From Desulfosoma sp. (GTDB lineage: Bacteria > Desulfobacterota > Syntrophobacteria > Syntrophobacterales > DSM-9756), in NCBI GenBank assembly GCA_037481835.1, contig JBBFKW010000008.1, positions 96,001 to 160,000 on the forward strand: 64,000 nt of DNA, written 5' to 3'. The notes beneath the pieces are model-generated. The model did not search any database. It saw nothing but the letters and a program-made list of their open reading frames with translations, and was not told the DNA's origin. A program made the position numbers and the translations under genes. Below are positions 21,195 to 29,223 of this stretch, piece by piece (position 1 is the first letter of the stretch; every line of letters begins with the position of its first letter).

Positions 21195-21445
21195 ATGTTC
21201 CAGGTGGACTTCACCGCCGCGGCGGAAACCGATCCGGCGCGTCGAGACAAGCCGATTGCGCAACGGGCACTGAAAAAGTTGCGCTGGCTGGCCGAAAACT
21301 TTGACCTCATCACGCCAGAGACATTGACGGGTCCATGGACCGACGTGTTGAAGCTTCGCGTCGGCGATCACCGCGTGCTTTACACCCGCGATCGAGACAA
21401 ACGAAGGATTGTTTCGTAAGGCATCGGCGCGAAGTCTATAAGGAG
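21195..21445 (+). pseudogene. RelE/ParE family toxin, frameshifted near the C-terminus
   Basis: KLRVGDHRVLY motif; the typical FVRHRREVYK end lies in another frame after ...RRIV. Confidence 0.75.
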
Positions 21446-21506
21446 CGAACCAGCCTTCGAGCGTCCTCACACAGGAGCTCGGCGGGGATCCAAACGCGGC
21501 ATCGGC

Positions 21507-21813
21507 CTAATCGCCCTCTTTGTCGGCGTTGCACCGGTCGTGGCAGGCGTCCTCGATGGCCTCCCGGGTTTCCGGGTCCACCCGGTCCCGGAGGCTCCAG
21601 GCCATCTCCACCCATTCTTCCATGATCCGGTGGGCCTCCACCTCGTCGCCCGCATCGTCCAGATCGCTCACCAGGTCCATGGGATCGGTGAGGGCCTCCC
21701 GCACCGGCCGGGGCCCCTCGCTGGAAGCCATGGAGACTCCCGCTTTCACGTAGTCCCAGCCCAGAAGGCCCGTCTCCGGCTCCCAGAACTACACGATGCG
21801 CTTCTTGCGTCAT
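21507..21813 (-). pseudogene. Degraded hypothetical gene
   Basis: Acidic frame RKKRIV*FWEPETGLLGWDYVKAG...EAIEDACHD with an in-frame TAG and an out-of-frame ATG. Confidence 0.45.
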
Positions 21814-21849
21814 CCCGCGCTCCCCTCTCCTTTCGAAAGGATCGCTCAG

Positions 21850-22276
21850 GCGCCTTCCGCAGCTCCTTGTTGTAGATGAGGGCCACGTATTCGATGCCGA
21901 AAATCTGGATCGTATCGTCCTGGCGGGTCCAGTCCGGATAGGCCTGGGCGGCCGGAGCCGCGTAGGACGTTAGGACGCCCTATTCCTTCAGATAGTTCAT
22001 GATGGGAAGGGGCGCCCGAAGGACGTCCGCCATGAGTTTTCCCGCCTGGAACTCGCTGAGCACCGTGGCCAGGTACTTGGAGGTGGACACCCGGGTGTAG
22101 AGCCCCTTCACGCCCGTATCCTGACTGAACGCCTCCACGATGGGCTCGATGGCCGTGATGTTGGCGTAGAAATTCACCTCCCCTTCCGCCTTGGCCTTTG
22201 CCGGCAAGGCCGGATCCTGGGCCAACGCCGTGGACGAAACAAGGAAAACCAACAAGAGGCAAAGGATCTTCTTCAT
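21850..22276 (-). pseudogene. ABC transporter substrate-binding protein (Fe3+/AfuA-like), truncated, with an internal TAG
   Basis: Signal peptide; AKAEGEVNFY; after LKE* the frame continues GVLTSYAAPAAQAYPDW...IEYVALIYNKEL and then breaks off. Confidence 0.75.
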
Positions 22277-22652
22277 GGCCGAAACTCATTCCCAAGTTTT
22301 GAAAGATCTGGAGCCCTTTTTCCTGCACCCTAAAAAAACCCGGCGAACAAGAACAGCCGCGTCCCTGCGTTGATTTGGGAACCGACTGTACGGGAGTAAC
22401 GGCATTCCAACTCCCCACATGCGAAAAAAGACATTCCCGGTCAAGCGCCCAGCCGAAAGGCGACCCTGGGGCGCCGCACGCGTTGACACCGGACGGCTTT
22501 CGTTCCAAGGTAAGGGCTCGGGGTATCCGGTGAATGTTTCCCCTGTCTGCGTTTATTCGCGTTCGTTCGCGGTTCCCTTTGTCCCGACCGGCAGGGCGAT
22601 CCGTTCGCTCTCCCGGAAAAGCCTTTTGGCCCACCGAGGAGACGACCCGCCC

Positions 22653-23891
22653 ATGACGCTCTTTCAGATCATCTCCATCCTCATCACCGTTTCAGCGCTC
22701 TTCAGCTATATCAACCACCGGTTCATCCGCCTTCCCACCACCATCGGGGTCATGGCCATCTCGCTTCTGGGCTCCCTGGGGATCGTGGCAGCGGGCCCCT
22801 TTTCTTTCGGACTGCAGCAGGAAGCGATCCGGCTCGTTCGGAGTATCGATTTCGATGAAACCGTGCTCCACGGCATGCTCAGTTTTCTCCTCTTCGCCGG
22901 AGCCCTCCACATCGACCTGGAGGCCCTGGCCCGCCGAAAGTGGATCATCGCCGTCCTGGCCACCGTGGGAACGGCCTTGGCAACGGCCCTGAACGGCCTG
23001 GGCACCTGGGTCGTGTCCCAATGGCTCGATTTGCAGCTTCCCTTTCTCAGTTGCCTTCTTTTCGGGGCCCTTATCGCCCCGACGGACCCCATCGCGGTGC
23101 TGGGTATCCTGCGAAAGGCGGGCGTTCCCGAAAGCCTGGAGACCAAGATCTGCGGGGAGTCGCTCTTCAACGACGGGGTGGCCGTGGTGATCTTCATCAT
23201 CCTCTTGGAAACGACCCGGGATCCCGCGGCCGCCACCCTGTCCCACGTCCTGAGTCTCTTCGCCAAGGAAGCTTTGGGAGGCATCGCTTACGGCCTCGTG
23301 ATCGGATGGATCGCCTACCTCATGCTCAAGAGCATCGACGATTACCAGGTTGAAGTGCTCATCACCCTGGCGCTGGTGTCGGGAGGCTATGCGCTGGCCG
23401 ATGCGCTGCACATCTCCGGGCCCATCGCCATCGTGGTGGCGGGCCTCCTCATCGGAAACCCCGGCCGCATGCTGGCCATGTCGGAACGAACCCGCCGGCA
23501 CCTGGACACGTTCTGGGAACTGGTAGACGAGGTGCTGAACGTGGTGCTCTTCGTGCTCATCGGCCTGGAAGTGCTGGCTCTCGACTGGACCCGCCTCCAC
23601 CTGGCAACGGGGCTCCTGCTGATCCCTTTGGTCCTCGCCTCCCGGCTTGTGAGCGTGTCGGTCCCCGTGGCCCTGCTGCGGCCCTTCCGAAGGTTCAGCC
23701 CGGGGGTCATCCGAATCCTCACCTGGGGGGGACTTCGCGGCGGCATCTCAGTGGCCATGGCCCTCTCGCTGCCTCCGGCGGCCGCGCGGGACACCATCCT
23801 GGCGGCCACCTACGTGGTGGTGGTCTTTTCCATCCTCGTTCAAGGCCTCACGGTGGAAAAGGTGGTGCGCTCTGTGGAAGAGCGCGTCTAA
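22653..23891 (+). CDS. Na+/H+ antiporter (CPA1/NhaP family)
   Basis: LLFAGALH, IAPTDPIAV, GESLFNDG, WGGLRGGISVAMAL. Confidence 0.92.
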   Translation: MTLFQIISILITVSALFSYINHRFIRLPTTIGVMAISLLGSLGIVAAGPFSFGLQQEAIRLVRSIDFDETVLHGMLSFLLFAGALHIDLEALARRKWIIAVLATVGTALATALNGLGTWVVSQWLDLQLPFLSCLLFGALIAPTDPIAVLGILRKAGVPESLETKICGESLFNDGVAVVIFIILLETTRDPAAATLSHVLSLFAKEALGGIAYGLVIGWIAYLMLKSIDDYQVEVLITLALVSGGYALADALHISGPIAIVVAGLLIGNPGRMLAMSERTRRHLDTFWELVDEVLNVVLFVLIGLEVLALDWTRLHLATGLLLIPLVLASRLVSVSVPVALLRPFRRFSPGVIRILTWGGLRGGISVAMALSLPPAAARDTILAATYVVVVFSILVQGLTVEKVVRSVEERV

Positions 23892-24139
23892 AAGACGATA
23901 AGGGGGTATTTTCATCGTAGCACTTATCGTAGCGCAGCCTCTCAGGGCTGCCAAAAGGGGCTTCGAATCATAAGGGTGACCCGTCCGCATGATCCGGGTA
24001 TTCCAAGGGAATCAGCAATCCCATTTCCGCTGGGCTGAAGCCCCGCGGCCACGGAATGGGCGATCAATCCTTGGCCATGTCTGACGGAAGACTGTTTTTT
24101 CTTAAATGAGACGATTCGTCCCAATCGCCGGGTTCCGGC

Positions 24140-24210
24140 GGGCGGGCATAAAGCCCGCCCCTACGAAGGCAGATGGACCTGTTCAGTAGGGGCGGGGTTG
24201 ATCCCCGCCC
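24140..24210. repeat. Inverted pair of GTAGGGGCG-type REP palindromes
   Basis: GGGCGGGCATAAAGCCCGCCCCTAC (24140-24164) and GTAGGGGCGGGGTTGATCCCCGCCC (24186-24210). Confidence 0.75.
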
Positions 24211-24355
24211 ACTAATCGCGCGGAAGTAAGAAGTAAGAAGAATACGGCGAAGGATTCGCTCCATTTAGGTCTTTACAAGTTAATGTGAAAGTCGCGGTTG
24301 GAATCCGGCAGGGCGGGACTTTCATGATTCGTTGTCTTGCCGGATATTGATCTGG

Positions 24356-24447
24356 GTTGGGGTTCGCTCCGCTCACCCCAACCTACGAGTTTATTGAACA
24401 TTTTGGGCCGCCGACTGTAGGTTGGGGTGAGCGCAGCGAACCCCAAC
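24356..24447. repeat. REPIN of the GTAGGTTGGGGTGAGCG(A/C/G)AGCGAACCCCAAC family
   Basis: Inverted copies at 24356-24386 and 24417-24447; same REP flanks the RAYT gene. Confidence 0.9.
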
Positions 24448-24637
24448 AAAAACCGGGCATACGCTCGCACGTCTCGGTCTCACAACGAAGGATGAAACTC
24501 GAACCCCTGGAGCTTGTCCGAGAATCTTTTACATGAAAGTCTCTGTAACATACCGTAACTACAAGACTTTCATTCTTCGTTGTCACGGGCGGCCCGCCAT
24601 GGGGGTCAATGTAAAAGAATGGCGCTCTCGGCGTCTT

Positions 24638-24687
24638 GTAGGAGCGGCCTCGGCAGCGAACCGCATCGCCGGGGAGCCGGCTCCTAC
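24638..24687. repeat. GTAGGAGC...GCTCCTAC REPIN-like element
   Basis: GTAGGAGCGGC...GCCGGCTCCTAC terminal inverted repeat starting with GTAG. Confidence 0.7.
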
Positions 24688-24798
24688 AGGGAAAACCTTC
24701 GCTTGTCCACATCTTTCATCGATGCGGCGTGGCGAGCCTCGCCATGACCGTTAGGTCTTTACAAGCTTCGGGGCCACGGCTCGGCAAGGAGGAGTGGG

Positions 24799-26049
24799 GT
24801 GAGCGGTCGGGATCCAGGGGGTCTTTCCAAGGGGCGATGGAGCGTTTTCGGCCTGTCGTCACTTCTCTTTATCCTCTCCCAGTTCTACCGGGTCTCCAAC
24901 GCCATCATTGCCCCGGACCTGCAGAAGGACCTGGCGCTTTCCGCCGAGGAACTGGGGCTTCTGAGCGCCGCCTTTTTCTACGCCTTCGCTTTGGTTCAGG
25001 TCCCCCTGGGCATCGCCCTGGACCGGTTCGGCGGCCGCCGGACCATGACCCTTCTTTCTCTCGTCGGGGCGGGAGGCGCCCTTCTTTTCGCCACCGCCCA
25101 TTCCTTCGGAACCGCTTTTGCGGGGAGGGCTCTTCTGGGACTCGGCATGGCCGGAAACCTCATGGGCTCCATGAAGCTCCTCACCCGCTGGTTTTCGCCC
25201 CGGGAATTCGCCACCCTATCCGGCCTCATGCTGGCCCTGGGAACTTTGGGAAACATGCTGGCGGCCACTCCCCTGGCCGCCGCCAAGGCAAGGATCGGCT
25301 GGCGGGGATCCTTCTGGGGTTTGGGGCTCTTTACGGCCGCCGCGGCCCTCTGCTTTTTCGCCGTGGTCCGGGAAAGGCCATCCCAGACCTATCCCCAGGC
25401 CGCCGCGGGCCCCCAGTCCGGGCCATCCTGGAAGGACGCCTTAAAAACCCTGTGCGGAAACGCCGACTATTGGATCATCTCGGCGGGAACTTTTTTTCGC
25501 TACGGGACCTTCGTGGCCATTCAGGGCCTGTGGATCGGCCCCTACATGATCCAACAGCTTCGGATGTCGGCCATTGCCGCCGGCAATCTGCTGCTGCTTC
25601 TCAACGTGGGCCTCATCTTGGGATCGCCCTTGGGCGGCTGGCTTTCCGATCGCGTGTTTTGTTCGAGAAAAAAGGTCATCGTGCTGGGGCTCGCCATGAT
25701 GACGCTGGTGCTTTCGGCCCTGGCCGCCGGCTGGGGCGAAGCGGGCACGGCCGTCCTGGCGGTGCTTCTTTTCGCCTTCGGGCTTTTCGGGTCCTTCGGG
25801 ATCGTCATGTACGCCCACATCAAGGAACTCATGCCGTCGGACATGAGCGGAACGGCCCTCACGGGCATCAACCTCTTTACCATGCTGGGAGGAGCCGCCA
25901 TGATGCAGGGCTTGGGGTGGGTGCTGGACCACGTGGGTCCCGCCGGGGCGCATGCCGGCCCCGACTACCGGCTGGCTTTCTTTTTGTGTGCCGCCGGAGT
26001 GGCCGTCGCCCTCCTGGGCTACCTCTCGGCGACGGACAGCCGGCCTTGA
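24799..26049 (+). CDS. MFS transporter
   Basis: About 12 TM helices; GIALDRFGGRR and GWLSDR motif A. Confidence 0.9.
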   Translation: MSGRDPGGLSKGRWSVFGLSSLLFILSQFYRVSNAIIAPDLQKDLALSAEELGLLSAAFFYAFALVQVPLGIALDRFGGRRTMTLLSLVGAGGALLFATAHSFGTAFAGRALLGLGMAGNLMGSMKLLTRWFSPREFATLSGLMLALGTLGNMLAATPLAAAKARIGWRGSFWGLGLFTAAAALCFFAVVRERPSQTYPQAAAGPQSGPSWKDALKTLCGNADYWIISAGTFFRYGTFVAIQGLWIGPYMIQQLRMSAIAAGNLLLLLNVGLILGSPLGGWLSDRVFCSRKKVIVLGLAMMTLVLSALAAGWGEAGTAVLAVLLFAFGLFGSFGIVMYAHIKELMPSDMSGTALTGINLFTMLGGAAMMQGLGWVLDHVGPAGAHAGPDYRLAFFLCAAGVAVALLGYLSATDSRP

Positions 26050-26672
26050 CGGGGACGATGGGCAACGAGCCCGGCCTCTCTTTTGATCCTCAGCAGACCT
26101 GGGCTCTTGTGAAAATACATATGGGGCGAATCCACGCCTTTTGCCCGAAACAGCGCTTCCACGGTATCAAACAAGACGGGCCGGTCGGGATACGTGAACG
26201 CTTTTTCCGCATCCCGAAGGCGCTGCCAGGCCACGCTGATTTCGGGACCGGCAGTAAAGACCTTTTCTTTTACGGCATCACAATAAAAGAAGGCGCAGGA
26301 AATGGGGGGGAGAGCCCACACGCACCCCTTAGGGCCCAAGTACACGCAGCGATCGGACCGGTAGGGGTGAAGAAGCGCCCGGAAAATCCGATCCCTCTCT
26401 TCGGGACCGGAAATGAGGACCGTGATCGCCTGGTCCGCGAAAAAGGTGAAGATACTTTCGAAACCGCAGCAGGCGCTCTGCGCGGTTTCAAAACACAAGG
26501 CCTTGCAGTAAGGCGCAAAAAAGCCCTCATGGAACGCGCTCAATTCCCGGCGAAACGCAAGGTAGGGTTCTACGGCCGAACGCAAGGCGGCGATCTCGCC
26601 GTCCTTCATCTTTTCCAGGGCCGCCTTTAGAGCGCTAAAACTTTGCCATTGCTCCCGGTTGTATTCGCTCAT
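26019..26672 (-). CDS. Hypothetical Cys-rich protein (YkgJ-like metal-binding pattern)
   Basis: CKALC...SACC...CVYLGPKGC...PISCAFFYC spacing. Confidence 0.6.
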   Translation of the reverse strand: MSEYNREQWQSFSALKAALEKMKDGEIAALRSAVEPYLAFRRELSAFHEGFFAPYCKALCFETAQSACCGFESIFTFFADQAITVLISGPEERDRIFRALLHPYRSDRCVYLGPKGCVWALPPISCAFFYCDAVKEKVFTAGPEISVAWQRLRDAEKAFTYPDRPVLFDTVEALFRAKGVDSPHMYFHKSPGLLRIKREAGLVAHRPRQGRLSVAER

Positions 26673-26740
26673 GGGGTTCGCTATCGTGCACGAGAAGATT
26701 TCAGACTGTTGGAAAACCCTTTGCCCGAGGAGGTGCGAAC

Positions 26741-27073
26741 ATGGCGTCCGATATCTTGATCACTTTTATTACCGTGGGCAATCAAGACCAGGCTTTCCGC
26801 ATCGCCAAAGCGGTGGTTGAGGAAAACCTGGCCGCCTGCGTAAATATCATCCCCGCCGTCCGATCCCTCTACCGCTGGAAGGGGGAAATCTGCGACGATC
26901 CGGAATGCCTCCTTTTGGTTAAGACGACGCGTGATGTTTTCCCGCTCTTGGAAGCCCGCGTCAAGGCCCTGCACAGCTATGAAGTCCCCGAGATCATCGC
27001 CGTGCCGGTGGAATGCGGCTTCCAGCCGTACCTGGATTGGGTGAAGGAAAACACGCACACCCAGGCGGGCTGA
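26741..27073 (+). CDS. cutA: Divalent-cation tolerance protein CutA
   Basis: LAACVNI, SLYRWKG, HSYEVPEI, YLDWV. Confidence 0.93.
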   Translation: MASDILITFITVGNQDQAFRIAKAVVEENLAACVNIIPAVRSLYRWKGEICDDPECLLLVKTTRDVFPLLEARVKALHSYEVPEIIAVPVECGFQPYLDWVKENTHTQAG

Positions 27074-27106
27074 TGCCAACGGGGGCGCCTTGACGTCCCC
27101 CGGCTT

Positions 27107-27958
27107 TTAACGCGTGCCCAGTATCCCTTTCAGGGCGGCCGGCAGGTCCGCGGGAAGAGCCACAATTTTCGTGTTTTCCGACAGGGCCAGGCTCTTGACG
27201 GCATCCACGTAGCGTTCGCCGAGGATAAAAAGGAGAGGCAAGGGGTTGTCTTTGGCGGCTTCGATGACGAGCTGAATGGCTTTCTGGTTGGCTTGGGCAA
27301 GGACGATTTTGGCTTCGGCATCCCGCCGTGACGCTTCCAGGCGCCCCTCGGCCTGGAGAATCGCCGCCGTCTTCTCCCCTTCCGCACGGGTTACCGTGGC
27401 GCGCCGTTGCCTTTCCGCCGCGGCTTGTTCCTCCATTGCCTGCTGCATGGTCCCCGACGGGGCGATATCCTGAATTTCCACCGTCTTCACCATGATGCCC
27501 CAATCGGCGATGTCGTCGGAAATGGCGGTTTTGAGTTTGGTTTTAATGAGTTCCCTGGACGACAGAGCGTCGTCCAAATCCATTTCGCCGATAATGGAGC
27601 GCAGTGACGTTTGCACCAGGTTTTGGATGGCGAGCCGGTAGTCTTCGACGCCGTAAACGGCCTTCTCCGGAGAGATGATGTTGATGTAGGCCACGGCGTT
27701 GGCTTTGATGACCGCATTGTCCCTCGTGATGACTTCTTGGGTGGGAATATCCAAGACGAGATCTTTGGTGGGCACCTTGTAGGCCACGCTGTCCATGTAC
27801 GGGACGATGACGTTCAGGCCCGGGGAGAGGGTTCGGTGATATTTTCCGAGGCGCTGCACCACGTGCTTATACCCTTGGGGCACGATGCGGATGCCCATGA
27901 CGATGGTCACGAGCACCAGCACGAAAAAAACGACGACGAGAATCAATCCTGGACTCAT
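27107..27958 (-). CDS. SPFH/band-7 (stomatin-like, QmcA-type) protein
   Basis: N-terminal TM; VVQRLGKY, QEVITRDNA, AMEEQAAAERQRRA. Confidence 0.92.
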   Translation of the reverse strand: MSPGLILVVVFFVLVLVTIVMGIRIVPQGYKHVVQRLGKYHRTLSPGLNVIVPYMDSVAYKVPTKDLVLDIPTQEVITRDNAVIKANAVAYINIISPEKAVYGVEDYRLAIQNLVQTSLRSIIGEMDLDDALSSRELIKTKLKTAISDDIADWGIMVKTVEIQDIAPSGTMQQAMEEQAAAERQRRATVTRAEGEKTAAILQAEGRLEASRRDAEAKIVLAQANQKAIQLVIEAAKDNPLPLLFILGERYVDAVKSLALSENTKIVALPADLPAALKGILGTR

Positions 27959-27973
27959 AAGGGCCTCCCTCTC

Positions 27974-28420
27974 TCACGCCTTGCGTTTGACGATCACAGT
28001 GTTTCCCACCAGTTCGGTCACCACGGCGCGATCTCCTACCGCGAGCCGCTTTTCCCCCTCGGCAATGCAGGGCCATTCGTCTGAGCCCAAGATCGGCGCC
28101 GGAAAACGAACTTTTCCGCGATGGGCTTCCCGCGGAGGGTCGATGATGGTGCCCACGGCGCCCACAATCGCTTCCCTGGCTTGTCCCGCCGTTGTCCGAT
28201 CCGCCATGCGCGGCTTCACCCAGAGAAACCATACCGTGACCCAAAAGGCGGATCCCAGGGCCCAGAGCAACAACTGGGCCGTCAGCGACAGGGGAAGCAG
28301 GAGCACAACGAGGCCGACGACCACGGCGGAAAGCCCGAACCAGATGATGACGAAGTTGGGGACGAAAATTTCCAGAATGGCCAGGATCATGCCGAAGGCG
28401 ATCCACATCCAGTATTTCAC
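27974..28420 (-). CDS. Short NfeD-family protein (YbbJ-like)
   Basis: W..G..L.ILEIFVP.F.IIWFG TM region plus C-terminal OB domain; directly upstream of the SPFH gene. Confidence 0.85.
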   Translation of the reverse strand: MKYWMWIAFGMILAILEIFVPNFVIIWFGLSAVVVGLVVLLLPLSLTAQLLLWALGSAFWVTVWFLWVKPRMADRTTAGQAREAIVGAVGTIIDPPREAHRGKVRFPAPILGSDEWPCIAEGEKRLAVGDRAVVTELVGNTVIVKRKA

Positions 28421-28473
28421 CGGAAACCTCCTCTCCCCCAATCCCTGACGCCGTATGGGCCTGGGTTCTGCGG

Positions 28474-29109
28474 CTAGGCGCCGGAAGCCAGTTCGCGGAA
28501 GCCGTCCTTGGAAACAAGGGCGAAACGATAGGGCGGGCCCACCTCCTCTTTGTACCAGGTGAGAGATTCCATGGCGGAACGGACTTCTTTCAGCACCTCC
28601 TCGGCCGAAGCACCTCTTTCGGCCATCTTGCTCAGTCGATATTCCAAGGCCATGCGTCGAGGTACCGTGAAGGCGTTGAGAATCTCTTCACCGTCCAGTT
28701 GGGGCCGCTTCTTCTTGGTCCAGACGAGATAAAGCTTGTAGGGGTTTTCATGGTCCTGGCCCGAAACCCCTGCCAGGATGAAATGGACGGAGTGCATGGG
28801 ATCCAGGGGAACGCCCCCGCACATCGCCCGCATGAATTCGTTGAAGCGGGAGGAGAGAAAAGCCAAACCCGCCGAGTAAATCTCTTCGATGGTTTCCAGC
28901 TTTTCCTCGCCGACGAAACGGCTCAATGCCCGGGCCATCTCCACGCCCTCAGGAGCGCCTCCGACCGCCACGGCCGCCCGCGGTCCCAGTGTAAAAAGGC
29001 GCTCCACGACGAGGTGAATCACATGGCCCTGAGCATCCAGGTCCACGGCCTTGGCGTCGACCCCGAGGACGATCCCTTCCGTGCTTCGACAGGCGATAAG
29101 CTGCGACAT
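28474..29109 (-). CDS. Hypothetical protein with a proteasome-beta/Ntn-hydrolase-like pattern
   Basis: M-SQLIACRSTEGIVLGVDAKA N-terminus; C-terminal VGPPYRFALVSKDG; AAGGAGG RBS. Confidence 0.6.
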   Translation of the reverse strand: MSQLIACRSTEGIVLGVDAKAVDLDAQGHVIHLVVERLFTLGPRAAVAVGGAPEGVEMARALSRFVGEEKLETIEEIYSAGLAFLSSRFNEFMRAMCGGVPLDPMHSVHFILAGVSGQDHENPYKLYLVWTKKKRPQLDGEEILNAFTVPRRMALEYRLSKMAERGASAEEVLKEVRSAMESLTWYKEEVGPPYRFALVSKDGFRELASGA

Positions 29110-29223
29110 GAGTTCCTCCTTAAATGGGTTTGGTGTTTCTCCTGTTGCGTCCGATGCCTGTTTACGCTACAAATTTGAAACCCTCACAGACCTTTTTCCC
29201 TCGTGTCAAGTGGGAGCCCCTCA

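Noticed and set aside
21000..22276. Pyrrolysine or amber recoding of the three TAG-interrupted genes
   Set aside because: The same patch also has frameshifts and truncation, and TAG serves as a normal stop elsewhere in the window.
22480..22652. Na+/Li+ riboswitch upstream of the NhaP antiporter
   Set aside because: I could not match the nhaA-I/II or DUF1646 consensus by eye; only a TTGACA box is evident.
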